Virus record (IMG/VR): IMGVR_UViG_3300023171_000008
Span: 1-64,000 of that record
Strand: one strand, 5' to 3'
Source: a virus
Length of the DNA: 64,000 nt
Part shown: positions 22,601 to 31,324 of the stretch, piece after piece
Layout: each line of letters begins with the position of its first letter
Numbering within the stretch: the first letter of the stretch is position 1
The notes under the pieces: generated by a model
The model's input: only the letters and a program-made list of their open reading frames with translations
Databases searched by the model: none
Told to the model about the DNA's origin: nothing
Translations under genes and position numbers: made by a program

Positions 22601-23239
22601 AGTATCTTCTAAATTATCATTCTTAAATTCATTAGTAGATATTTTAGATTGTTGTAAATAGTTTTTAACATTAGTTACTAATTCATCTAAGTTATTATTT
22701 AAAGCTTCTTGTAATAATTCAGCCTTATCTTCCCATAAATAATCATCAGTAGCATTAAAAGTATTTATTCTTTCATTAACTTTATCTATAACAGATTGTT
22801 TAATAGATCCAGTAGTATTACTTAAATCTATATTTTCAAAATCTATGTTAAGATTATTTTTAATAAAACTATTTGCTAATACTTTAGTTAATAACTTTAT
22901 TTCTGAAAACTTAAATAATGAATTTAAACTTTTACTATTAAATATTAGATACTCTTTATTCTTATATTTATCTATATAATAGTAATCACCTTTATTATCT
23001 TTAAATAATTTAGGTTCACCATTATCTTCAATACGAGAAGTATCTTTATTATAACTATAATCAGATTCTTTAATATCAGAATTATAATCTTCTTGCCAAT
23101 TACCAAAATATTTAATAAATTCTTGTGAATTAAAATGAGAATGAAGAGCTGTTGCTAACTCTTCATCTCCATTATAAGCTTCTAATATAGTATTAAATAA
23201 ATTAGATTGACTTCCATTAACTATTACTTTACATGCCAT
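16601..23239 (-). CDS. Virion DNA-dependent RNA polymerase (phi14:2 gp66-like)
   Basis: GYRIPNQG...GSDFDIDK catalytic motif (about 19145-19159); ADAQAW, KYS, VDIAKDP; 2212 aa. Confidence 0.92.
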   Translation of the reverse strand: MACKVIVNGSQSNLFNTILEAYNGDEELATALHSHFNSQEFIKYFGNWQEDYNSDIKESDYSYNKDTSRIEDNGEPKLFKDNKGDYYYIDKYKNKEYLIFNSKSLNSLFKFSEIKLLTKVLANSFIKNNLNIDFENIDLSNTTGSIKQSVIDKVNERINTFNATDDYLWEDKAELLQEALNNNLDELVTNVKNYLQQSKISTNEFKNDNLEDTELENIEISENEKDPGFGNSSFERSSKDNISANVKLRLSLIEDTSEKDRFLNDVVYVDFDEIYVTLLNNLNSKIALDIDGQEDLFNIYKEEVSKLINKKPYFKELYRLLSNPDLSNNIKAEFVQAFNLDKNVFNTSITKNVIKVNTLPAETLPDGSIITRKETVNNVNHDVLNVANVGSRETEVFNQWNNNFKVRYTELVDGNIIINPSNRDIIKGFKNDLTKIKLNKDIPALVTLLRKLGIETTSKGFEHYLDNLELINQDNELSNKILNNTITDLGYFIDNVINNKNTNYDNILNDQSIFRDIARAEAFYISEGSDSSVFTAGKQKWVYSYPSYLSSKIKSWQKNRNLLLNHYEISKYNQGSDWMKYLLALGDTYQINEYIDLTLAEQERIEESKRRINELELASFNVVQEDENANEGLDNKSVDKATYISDTVNKVLGFIKNSKSYYRTTTPADKGTQYELYIARNHLTNARRDENNNIIINQSASEVIFEYFNSEYKRMKFEREFMNDPTNEDKLSVYYHLGQGHAFKSQIFPSLSFDQIDNSLKDLTIEEKTLITSIYNRDNNGNLTNETSYSDLNNPKIKNALLKYINNQLSNNIKGTLDNLVNQGVFELINGEYINKTLDSKIWNNYQTDNALKAASDFYINSIISHVEYSKMFSGDIAYYKNGVDYKKRVPATYTDGLQLRLNDINKDYNIAVTESIEIATPFLDELTELVGKDVADSYKKINSADAQAWITPQRWKNIFQSLGKWNNIYESSYQKLLGNNTEPFTVEELKKVAPPVKGVYFQLVNGKPVFLKYSQAVLSPRLRKGNGLEKIYNQMINQSIDELVTFDAIKVGSVQPSKVHDDNGNVLDNVKFNVMNIPSNGWKLQQDLPVKTFKETEVGSQIQKNIFQGLAFHRNELFNLDNNEITGDQVLEQIANTVGELSNRGLSKLNKEFGVDNNNIITNVERFYSTIADELRERGGSTNVINALESETSIYGIPQAQSKLQNIFASIVNKRVLKIKTNGGSFIQMSNFGLTKDNAESQGVIWSPRALSTTHEPQFLKDDNGEFILSENGKRIVRPGGILLSGSFIAKYIPDYRKYTPQQLFDEIIDRKIQENIIGYRIPNQGLSSNDALEIVGILPEENGDTVVAYTGITTKTGSDFDIDKMYMMFPTYHLEDGKLVYDSYNNEVSDSEQSIGALQNRLIELYKAVLTNEQVIKEVMTPIDFDHIKNDIRSIFKQKPISNLSLFDPLADIDVKYSFLAGKAGVGQEANALIDYVLGTLGDLGITNFNIDKGNINLDEEYSESLDDKDLKYYQKQLNISDDEVQDLKKIKISHSLSAILNAFVDIAKDPYITEGNWVSMTTNTGNLLLRKGVHPFYVNAFLAQPIISKYITFTEQYEQSSLQSLDTRDQFRKEYVKEQLTSSLSLRDKYIDLNVLYDKLFTTKDIKQDRAKDVKKGNNNFTQSNILNTLGLGGITLSPAEVNQIRQVTELLTNTHSQIFFPSLYNIIENNSLETIRKNIVNPNVEFQAKVFNDFLRYQNASKAIKTNIDASKFMVNGMGKDVTQLQIAKNLVDSIMFKEDQSAYDEDFKGNIITGFKSKFSNPNGTESMFSKYYNNVILKTLDIVQANPKLFLSANPVVQSTFNEISHSINGDILIDPNLGTTLEKHFYSYTMSGFQPFQISIEERRTLLNQFPKQFKTFKESNKGLYSIIDELSVRPGEGKLEYVGLSNRKKSIEFEENLTNSWSDLLIDEPEFANDLIKYSYFTSGFAMNISQFYTYIPYQWFQQNKINRFIIDQSNEYTNQNSNVDNFIDQIFMSEIFNKRLVKITLPYKIDTKSSFNNLNKGFKLNDKGKAGYFTVRQLEDPSSGLTTDVYYKLLGYDNQLKAIYSRFTPNINGELVDIKPLNIRDRKGNKIVNYNTEGLILKASNDITNLIDTNYYNELNNTVVYPRDHFYRQDYNNDVTEEFSLFEQNKELFESNGITEELYNSMLNEFGQEYIEDYIKKCK

Positions 23240-26200
23240 TATTTACATCGTTTTTCATATTCTGACGGATATGCATTTTTAAATTTATTATAATCACTAA
23301 CTTCATTAGCTTTAAGTTCTTTACCAGACTGCATTCTTTTAATCAATGAAGCTAATCTATCAATATCTTGTTTACGATCTCTAGCATCAGTAGGTACTTC
23401 ATAAACTTCAGATTGAACTTCTTTAACTTGAGTATTTTCCATAGTTCCTTCTATTTCAGACAAAGATACAAAATTATTTTCATTATTCCTATTATTATCA
23501 TTTAAAAATTGAATACCTGTAGATAATGGAATTTCTTCAGTAGTATTAAAATCTAATCCTGTAAAGTTATTTGCAGCTATTTCAGCACCTTGTTCAGATA
23601 TATTTACATTAGCATTAACTCCAGTTTTAATAGCATTTTTTCTATTACTAAACTCTTGTTTATATAATGACTGTTGTTCAGGAGATAAACTATTATATGA
23701 TTCAGTTAAATCATCTATAGTTTTAATCTTAGACAACTTATCTTTAATATTAGAAATAGGTTTAACATTTGATTCTAACGATACTGTAGGATTAAGATAT
23801 ATATTAGTATAACCTTGAAATGTAGGCTCATTAACTACAGCATTAGTGGATAATATTTTATTGTTAACTAAGTATTTTAAATAATCTGCTGAATTAGATT
23901 GAATATTAGTTTTAGTATTATCAGTTTCAGATTTAGGAGATATTTTAACTTGATGTCTTTTTACATTAGTTAAGAAATTAATTATATTATCTTTTTGTAA
24001 ATCTATATTATCTAAATTAGCTACTTGATTACCAAATAATAAACTATTATTTTCAATTCTAATCTGTGATTTAATATTAGTAGTATTACTATAAAGTATT
24101 AAATCTATTATATCAAATAGTTTAACATCTTCTTTAATACCACCAATTATTTCAAGTTCAGAATTAAAATTATCTAATATATTATTACGTAAACTATCGT
24201 TAACTTCTCCAACTGTAGTATTAAATGATTTATTATTAGTTAAAATTTCTTTATGTATATTATAAATTATATCAGCTTCTAAATTATTAATCTTTTTAAT
24301 ATTAAGTTTTAATGGAAATGGTGTACCATTAGCTTGAGGTATCATTAAATATATTTCACCTTTAGCATTCTCCTTACTTCTATCCATATTATTAGTAAAT
24401 GGATTTTTAAATAATTGAGTTTCACCAGTAATAATATTCTGTAATTGACCAAATGCATTAATAACGTAAAGATTTTGTCTAATATAATTTAAATCTTTGA
24501 TTCCGTCTAAATCCATTATGTTATTTTCAGCAGTAGATGATTCTACTTTTAATAAACCTTTATATTGACCTTGTACAGAACCTTTAATATTATCTATAGG
24601 TTGACCTTGTATTAATCTAGATATAATTTCAGTTCTAAGTATTTCAGTGGATGGATCTATTGCGTCATTAACACGTCGAGTTTCAATAGGTGCTTTAACT
24701 TCATCTGTAAACTTAACATTAATAGGTAAGTAATCAAATAATAGTTTTCTATCATTAAAATCATTTCTTTTAAATAATTCTAAAGCTTTATTAACATTAA
24801 TATTATTTCCAGGATTTAAATTAACTTCAAAACCAACTTGTTTACCTGTTTTATCTATAGGAGTTCTTTCATAAGCAACATAATTAGGAAACTGTTCGAT
24901 TATAAAAGATAATGGTTCACCAGTATTCTTATTAGTAGAAATCACTTTAACACCTTTACCATTATCTACATCACCTGTATTGATTGAATTAAGTTCTTCT
25001 ACTGCATTATTAATACCTTCGGTAGGTGTAAGTTCATCTGTAACTTCAGAACCCTCTGTAGAGTCTATATTAGTATAAGTTTTAACTACTTTAGGTTTGT
25101 TTAATTCAGCTTCTTTAGTTAAATTTCTAAAATTATGCCATCTTTCATTAAAGTTTTTCCAATCTTTTTCACCTTCAAATAACACTCCTATTTTAGATAC
25201 AGCTTTTACAGTAACTTCTTTATCTTTTTCCCAGTCTTGTCTTAGACCTTTAAAGTTAGTAAAGTAAATTCCTTTATCACCTTTTCTAGCAGTTTCTAAA
25301 CCTAATACTTCTTGAGCTTCATTAACTACAGGTTGTACTTGAACAGGTTGTTCTTCAAATAAACTATCAAAATTAGATTGTGTTTCAGGATTAATTTGTA
25401 CACCTAATTCTTCATTAATAATCTCTTGACGTTGTGTATCTTCTAAAGCGATTTCTTGTTGTTTAAACTCTTCTTTCTTAGCTTGAACTTGTTGTTTAAC
25501 TACAGGATTAGTTGGTTTAACTTCATTTAATTCTTCAATAGTAGTAGCTTCATTAACTTTAGTTGTTTCATCAGTTACTTTAGTTATATTTTCTGGACTA
25601 TTATCTTCTCTAGTTTTATTATTAACATTGACATAATTCTTAAAAGCTTTATTAATTTCAGTATTATCCCATATTAAATTATTAACTAAATCGTCAGTTT
25701 CTTTTAAATCACTTTTAGATTGATTAATTTGACTATTTATAAGTTTAATACGAGGATCTTGTTCATATCTATATTTAAATATATCTTCTGTAGCATTAGA
25801 ATCAACTATATCTTCTGTACGAACGTTTTCATTATTTCTTAATTCTTTTAATAAATTATCTTTAGTACTATTTAATTCCTGAAGTTTATTACGTTGAGTA
25901 TATTCATCACCTTTTAAATTAATATAAGTGTCAGCTAATCTATTATAAAATGAAGTTTTATCATCTTCAGTACCAATATTATCTAATTTAATTAACGAAT
26001 TACTAAAGTCTTTATAACTTTCATATTGTTTCTGCATATAAGATGCTTTATCCACAATATCTTTAACTAAAGTTTTAGAATCTTCATCAGTAGCTAATTC
26101 TTCAGTTTGTCTAGATTGTTCTAAATATTGTTTTAAAGCGTCAATTCCCATTTCACCTTGAGTAATAAATGGAGTAATTAATTGATTAATAGCTTGATCT

Positions 26201-27735
26201 TTAAATTGATTTACAGTTTCAGTATCACCATTAGCTACAGCTTCATCAAATAATTGACTTTGTCTTTCAGTAAATTCTAATGCTTCAGCTACTTGTTTAA
26301 CTTTAACTGGGTCATAAGTTGGTTTACCTTCATCATCTAATATAATAGAACCTTGTTCGTTTCTAATATAAGGATCAGTTTCATATATATTATTAAAAGT
26401 ATTTACTTTACCTTGAGTAAAACTAATTAAGTTATTAGTAGAATTTCGATTAGTTATATCAGATTTAGCACCTTGATAAGCAGACATTCCACCACCTAAT
26501 ATTCCACCCAAGAATATAGCTTTCTGACCTTCAGTTGAACTAACCATATCTAAATAAGAATTTGCTAATTCACCAACATTAAAATCATCAGTTATATTAT
26601 CAGTTAATTCATTTTGTTTAGCACCTTTACTAAACATAGTTTCAACTGTAGATTGTAAACCTTCTTCAAAGAAACCTTCAGAACCAGTTGCTAAAGCTAC
26701 ATTAGAAGCTCTGTTAAGAACTTTCTTACCTATTGAAGGTGTAAGTTCAGTCACTAATGATTTAGCTCCTGCTTTACCCCACAACATCTTAGACTGTATT
26801 GCATTTGGACCAAGTAGTATAGCAACGTTAGATAGAAATATATCTCTACCAAGTTTACCTTTCTGTTGTATTAAAGTATCATATTGTTCTGTATCAATAG
26901 TCCCAGCTTTCAATTGTTCATCTAAATCTTTCTGAAAGTTATCCATAGCTGAACCTGCTTCTGAACCTGATTCAAATAAGGTATTAGCTAACGTTGTAGC
27001 TGTTAAATCAATTCCTTCAGCAGTTATACCTAATTCAGTTAAAGCTTGTGTAGCACCTGCTAATTTAGCTTCTCCATTAATCATAGATAAACCTTTAGCT
27101 GTAGTACCTAATATTTTATTACCTAATCCTAATGATTTTAATGCTGCACCTGGAGCTAACATTGAAGCTATAAATCCAATACCGTCAGCACCTTCTGTAG
27201 CCCAGAAATCTACAGAACTTATATTGTCCCATAGATTTCCTTCGCTTACAGCTTTCTTAACATATACTGGTAATAATTCAGTATTAACATCTTCATTTAA
27301 TTTATTAACAGCTTTAACCCAAGGATTATTGAATGCTGTTTCAAAACCTTGACCGTCTTCAGCAAATGGTGCTGCAATACTACCAACTACAACTCCCGGA
27401 AGTTTAGCTATTTCTGATGTTGCTTTAGTTAATATTCTACCTACTCCAGATAATGATTTACTTTGCCAAGATTGGTTATTAGCTCTAATCTCATTAAATG
27501 GATCACTAGCATTAATATCAGCAAATTGATTTAAATATGGATTAACTCCCTCATTCAAATTATCTTGATTAGAAGTATTAATATCAGCAGTATGTCTTTC
27601 AGTATCAAAAGCATTAGTTGTGGCTAATTTAGTATTAGTAGGAGTTGACCATTGTTTAAATGAATCACTTTCTGCAATGTGATCTAAAAAAGCATCATCA
27701 TAACTTTTAGCTTTATCTTTATTTGGTTGTAACAT
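23239..27735 (-). CDS. Large virion cargo/ejection protein
   Basis: Gly/Ala-rich amphipathic N-terminal region (SEG..EEGLQ, FLGGILGGG); directly upstream of the vRNAP gene. Confidence 0.7.
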   Translation of the reverse strand: MLQPNKDKAKSYDDAFLDHIAESDSFKQWSTPTNTKLATTNAFDTERHTADINTSNQDNLNEGVNPYLNQFADINASDPFNEIRANNQSWQSKSLSGVGRILTKATSEIAKLPGVVVGSIAAPFAEDGQGFETAFNNPWVKAVNKLNEDVNTELLPVYVKKAVSEGNLWDNISSVDFWATEGADGIGFIASMLAPGAALKSLGLGNKILGTTAKGLSMINGEAKLAGATQALTELGITAEGIDLTATTLANTLFESGSEAGSAMDNFQKDLDEQLKAGTIDTEQYDTLIQQKGKLGRDIFLSNVAILLGPNAIQSKMLWGKAGAKSLVTELTPSIGKKVLNRASNVALATGSEGFFEEGLQSTVETMFSKGAKQNELTDNITDDFNVGELANSYLDMVSSTEGQKAIFLGGILGGGMSAYQGAKSDITNRNSTNNLISFTQGKVNTFNNIYETDPYIRNEQGSIILDDEGKPTYDPVKVKQVAEALEFTERQSQLFDEAVANGDTETVNQFKDQAINQLITPFITQGEMGIDALKQYLEQSRQTEELATDEDSKTLVKDIVDKASYMQKQYESYKDFSNSLIKLDNIGTEDDKTSFYNRLADTYINLKGDEYTQRNKLQELNSTKDNLLKELRNNENVRTEDIVDSNATEDIFKYRYEQDPRIKLINSQINQSKSDLKETDDLVNNLIWDNTEINKAFKNYVNVNNKTREDNSPENITKVTDETTKVNEATTIEELNEVKPTNPVVKQQVQAKKEEFKQQEIALEDTQRQEIINEELGVQINPETQSNFDSLFEEQPVQVQPVVNEAQEVLGLETARKGDKGIYFTNFKGLRQDWEKDKEVTVKAVSKIGVLFEGEKDWKNFNERWHNFRNLTKEAELNKPKVVKTYTNIDSTEGSEVTDELTPTEGINNAVEELNSINTGDVDNGKGVKVISTNKNTGEPLSFIIEQFPNYVAYERTPIDKTGKQVGFEVNLNPGNNINVNKALELFKRNDFNDRKLLFDYLPINVKFTDEVKAPIETRRVNDAIDPSTEILRTEIISRLIQGQPIDNIKGSVQGQYKGLLKVESSTAENNIMDLDGIKDLNYIRQNLYVINAFGQLQNIITGETQLFKNPFTNNMDRSKENAKGEIYLMIPQANGTPFPLKLNIKKINNLEADIIYNIHKEILTNNKSFNTTVGEVNDSLRNNILDNFNSELEIIGGIKEDVKLFDIIDLILYSNTTNIKSQIRIENNSLLFGNQVANLDNIDLQKDNIINFLTNVKRHQVKISPKSETDNTKTNIQSNSADYLKYLVNNKILSTNAVVNEPTFQGYTNIYLNPTVSLESNVKPISNIKDKLSKIKTIDDLTESYNSLSPEQQSLYKQEFSNRKNAIKTGVNANVNISEQGAEIAANNFTGLDFNTTEEIPLSTGIQFLNDNNRNNENNFVSLSEIEGTMENTQVKEVQSEVYEVPTDARDRKQDIDRLASLIKRMQSGKELKANEVSDYNKFKNAYPSEYEKRCK
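23461..23492 (-). promoter_or_regulatory. Intragenic Bacteroidota-type promoter upstream of the vRNAP gene
   Basis: ATAGGAA-N17-TATCTTTG on the - strand, about 220 nt before the vRNAP start. Confidence 0.5.
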
Positions 27736-27738
27736 CTA

Positions 27739-29628
27739 TTATTTTTTTTGTCGTTTAGCAACTCTAATCATTAATGCTTCTCTTGCATCACTATCAGTTT
27801 GTGCTCTAGCATATAATTCTTCATTAGAAACATCTCTATAAGCATTTTCAATTAATGATGTATAAACTTCACTACCTTGATGATTACCAGTTATTTCATT
27901 TTTACCGCCTTTATCTTTATAGAATCCTGCTATAGCACCAGTTAAGTTCTTAAATCCTGCAGCAGAACCTGTGTCAGGTGCATTAGATAATCTCTTAAGT
28001 TTAAATGTAACTGTGACAGGTTTTTCTTCACCACCATATTCATCACTCCAAGCTACTCCTTTAGTATCATATTCTTTAGCACCTTTTAAAGTATTAAATG
28101 TCATGGTTATTTCAGGAGTTTTATTATCACCATAAGTTTTAATATTATTAATTTTAAATGATTTAGGATCACCATTCTTTAATAAATCTTGAACATTAGT
28201 AACATCATTAGGAGTTAAATCTTTTTTACTACCACCAGTTGTATGAATGCTAGTTAAATCTAATACATTACCTAAATCTCCAACACCTCTTAAAGTATTA
28301 AATACATTTTCATTATGTAAATTCCAAACCGATTCTTCTTTAGGTGTAGATGGTAAATAAGAATAATTATGTCTCATAGATGAAGACTGTTTCCAATAGT
28401 TATCTTGAATTTCATTTAATTTAGATTCAGCTCTTTTAACTCTATTAAAACCTTCAGCTTGTTTAGGATCATATCTGTACATACTAGAATCATCTTTTTT
28501 AGGTACAGACTTTTTAGCTTCATTATATTCTTTTAAAGCTTTATTATATTCAGGATCTTTTAACATTTTAACTTCAGCAGCAGCTTTAAGCTCTTGTAAA
28601 TCATCTAATTTAGCTCTATCTGCAGGATTTAATGATGGTGAATTATTCAATTTATTAATAGATTCTCTAACTCCGTTAAATGTAGGAACTCCTATAGCAT
28701 CACTTCTTAATGTACTATCATTACTAATAATCATTCCTGAAGGATCATTTTCATCAGGCTTACTCCAATCTACAGAACCAACTGAATAACCAGATTCTCT
28801 AGATGTTTTATCTGTTCTATATATACCTAATTGTGATTGAATATCTTGTAATACAGTATTAGGGTTTCTACCACTAAAATCTACAGAACGTCTTGTTTCA
28901 GAACTTGGATCTGATAACTCTCTAGTCATTAAGTTAGCTAAAGCTTGCAATTGATTTATATTACTAGAAGTAGCATTCTTAGAATCTTTATTAACAACAT
29001 ATCTATTACCTGTTTGATCAAACTGTAAAGCTCCTGATGCATTAGCAAATTCTTCAGTAGTTAAACCTACTTGTTTAGCATAATCTTGAACTCTTGCAGA
29101 TACATCTACATATTTAGGTGCTCCATAAGAACCTACATTAGTTATATTACCGTTGTTATCAAATCCTGTATAAGGTTTTTGTACGTTATTTTGCCAATTA
29201 GCTAAAGCAACTTCTCTAGACCAACCTTTATTCTTAGTAGCATCTTCAACATAATCTTCTAATTGTTTATTATAAACTTGTTTCGCTGCATTTATTTGAC
29301 CTAACTTACCAGTAGGAGATATTAAATCATTATACTTTCTATTAAGTTGTATAAATTGAGATGTACTATTAGGATTAAAACCTTCTTTAGCTAGTAATTC
29401 AGCTTGATTATTAATTTGATTATTAATATCATTCTTATACTTTAAAGCTTCGTTATAATGCACATCTAATGGATCTACTTTAGCTAATCCTTGTCTCAAA
29501 GCTTCTTGTTGAGCAGCTAATTGATCATGTCTACCACGCATCATTGCAGCAGGTGCCATTATCTCTTGATATGACATTGGATCAAACTTACTTACACTTA
29601 TATTATCGTATCTGTTAAACTCTGCCAT
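27739..29628 (-). CDS. Virion cargo protein
   Basis: 629 aa, cysteine-free, located in the cargo cluster. Confidence 0.6.
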   Translation of the reverse strand: MAEFNRYDNISVSKFDPMSYQEIMAPAAMMRGRHDQLAAQQEALRQGLAKVDPLDVHYNEALKYKNDINNQINNQAELLAKEGFNPNSTSQFIQLNRKYNDLISPTGKLGQINAAKQVYNKQLEDYVEDATKNKGWSREVALANWQNNVQKPYTGFDNNGNITNVGSYGAPKYVDVSARVQDYAKQVGLTTEEFANASGALQFDQTGNRYVVNKDSKNATSSNINQLQALANLMTRELSDPSSETRRSVDFSGRNPNTVLQDIQSQLGIYRTDKTSRESGYSVGSVDWSKPDENDPSGMIISNDSTLRSDAIGVPTFNGVRESINKLNNSPSLNPADRAKLDDLQELKAAAEVKMLKDPEYNKALKEYNEAKKSVPKKDDSSMYRYDPKQAEGFNRVKRAESKLNEIQDNYWKQSSSMRHNYSYLPSTPKEESVWNLHNENVFNTLRGVGDLGNVLDLTSIHTTGGSKKDLTPNDVTNVQDLLKNGDPKSFKINNIKTYGDNKTPEITMTFNTLKGAKEYDTKGVAWSDEYGGEEKPVTVTFKLKRLSNAPDTGSAAGFKNLTGAIAGFYKDKGGKNEITGNHQGSEVYTSLIENAYRDVSNEELYARAQTDSDAREALMIRVAKRQKK

Positions 29629-31205
29629 TACTTATTTTTATTTAATAACATTCCACCTAACTTTTTACTATTAGGATTATTCTCTGCTTCAACTTCTTTT
29701 TTAAACTCGTCTTTACTAATTTTAGTTCCATCAGGTTTAATAAAATAACTACCGTCACTTCTATAACCGTACATTGTAGTAGCAATTTTTTTAAGTACTT
29801 GTTCTTTACCTATTTCACCTATATCTGAACCTAATTGAGCTATTAATTTAGATTTAGCATTTCTATATGAAGCTTGATTTCTATCATTAATATCTAGTTC
29901 TTGATTAGATTGTTGAAGGTTAGTTTGATCTACATTTAAATTAAATTGTTGAGCAACTTGATTTTGTTGTCTATTCTGAGCATTAGCATTTAAATAGGAA
30001 TCTGATAAAGTTTTACCTCTATTTAAACTCGCACCTAATAAATTACTTCTTAATGCTCCAGATGAACCATTAGTTACTCCTGCTAAACTATTAGAAACAT
30101 TATCTAATTCATTACCTGCAATATTTTGTAATGAACGTTCATCTACATATTGTTGTTGATAATGATTATTTAATCTATTTAAATTCTCATACCCAGGTTT
30201 TTTAAGATTAGCTAATTGTAAAGCATTAGCTGCTACAGGAGCATATCTCATTATATCACCATAATTATTACCTAACCAATCAACTGCTGGTTTTAAACTA
30301 CCTTTAGGATATTGTATATTATTACTAAAAGTATCTGTAGGAGTTTGTACATCATAAGTAGGTAATGTATTCTCAGTAGATAATAAATTTTGTTGATTAA
30401 TATAATTATTATCTAAAGGTAATTGTCTACCATTTAAATTAGGTATATAATTAGGATCTGGTATACTAGATGGTTGTAAAGGTCCACCTACAGCATAATT
30501 ATTCATTTTACCTCCATATTTAAAATCACTAGTATATACACTATTACTTGCAATAGCATTATCTCTACTTAATTGTTCAGCTTCTCTTTGCATTCTACGT
30601 TTACCTACAAAACTACCTGCAAAATCACCAACCATTCCACCAATAGCTCCTCCTATAGGACCACCAATAGCTGTACCTCCAATAGTACCTGCTGCTTTAA
30701 TGCCTGATCTTAAAGCTTGATCTTTATCACCTGAAGCTAATGAAGAAATTCCTTGAAGTCCGTCACTAACTCCAGGCATTCCCATCATTGAACTCATATC
30801 CCCTCCTGCTATATCTCCTCCTAAAAACATTTGATTTTGATCTACTTGTTGTTTATTAGGTTGTGATTCAGCTTTAATAGATTCTTGTGCTTGACCAATT
30901 AAATCTAACATTCCAGTCTTAGTAGATATTGATATTTTATCATTACGATCTTTAAATTTATTATCAATAACTTTACTTACTTCAGCAATTGTTTTACCTT
31001 CCCATGATTTAGGTAAGTTAAATTGTTTTAAAGTATTTTTATTAAGTTTAACTGTATCACTATAAACAAAACCAGACTTCATTGTCTCACCTTGTTCTAC
31101 AGTATTAGGTTGACCATTTTGTCCTTGACCCATTAATATACCACCGTTTTCGTTTTCAGAATGTTTACCACCTGTATTAAAACTATTTAAATCTGTTCTT
31201 TTCAT
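29628..31205 (-). CDS. Cargo protein 1-like (channel-forming ejection protein)
   Basis: GGKHSEN..GGI...VEQGET...VYSD N-terminus, glycine-zipper hydrophobic segment and Q/N-rich coiled coil; follows the muzzle gene. Confidence 0.7.
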   Translation of the reverse strand: MKRTDLNSFNTGGKHSENENGGILMGQGQNGQPNTVEQGETMKSGFVYSDTVKLNKNTLKQFNLPKSWEGKTIAEVSKVIDNKFKDRNDKISISTKTGMLDLIGQAQESIKAESQPNKQQVDQNQMFLGGDIAGGDMSSMMGMPGVSDGLQGISSLASGDKDQALRSGIKAAGTIGGTAIGGPIGGAIGGMVGDFAGSFVGKRRMQREAEQLSRDNAIASNSVYTSDFKYGGKMNNYAVGGPLQPSSIPDPNYIPNLNGRQLPLDNNYINQQNLLSTENTLPTYDVQTPTDTFSNNIQYPKGSLKPAVDWLGNNYGDIMRYAPVAANALQLANLKKPGYENLNRLNNHYQQQYVDERSLQNIAGNELDNVSNSLAGVTNGSSGALRSNLLGASLNRGKTLSDSYLNANAQNRQQNQVAQQFNLNVDQTNLQQSNQELDINDRNQASYRNAKSKLIAQLGSDIGEIGKEQVLKKIATTMYGYRSDGSYFIKPDGTKISKDEFKKEVEAENNPNSKKLGGMLLNKNK

Positions 31206-31236
31206 TTAATTTATATATTAACATATATTTGTTTTA

Positions 31237-31268
31237 CAAATATAATACATTGTAATTTTAATTCCAAA
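31237..31268 (-). promoter_or_regulatory. Bacteroidota-type promoter for the cargo operon
   Basis: TTTGGAA-N17-TATATTTG on the - strand. Confidence 0.75.
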
Positions 31269-31269
31269 T

Positions 31270-31319
31270 AAAAAGCTAGATAAAATATATCTTATATTGA
31301 TGATACTCTATCTAGCTTT
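31270..31319 (-). terminator. Putative intrinsic terminator after the muzzle gene
   Basis: 11-bp stem AAAGCTAGATA/TATCTAGCTTT with a 26-nt loop and short T-tract. Confidence 0.55.
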
Positions 31320-31324
31320 ATTAA

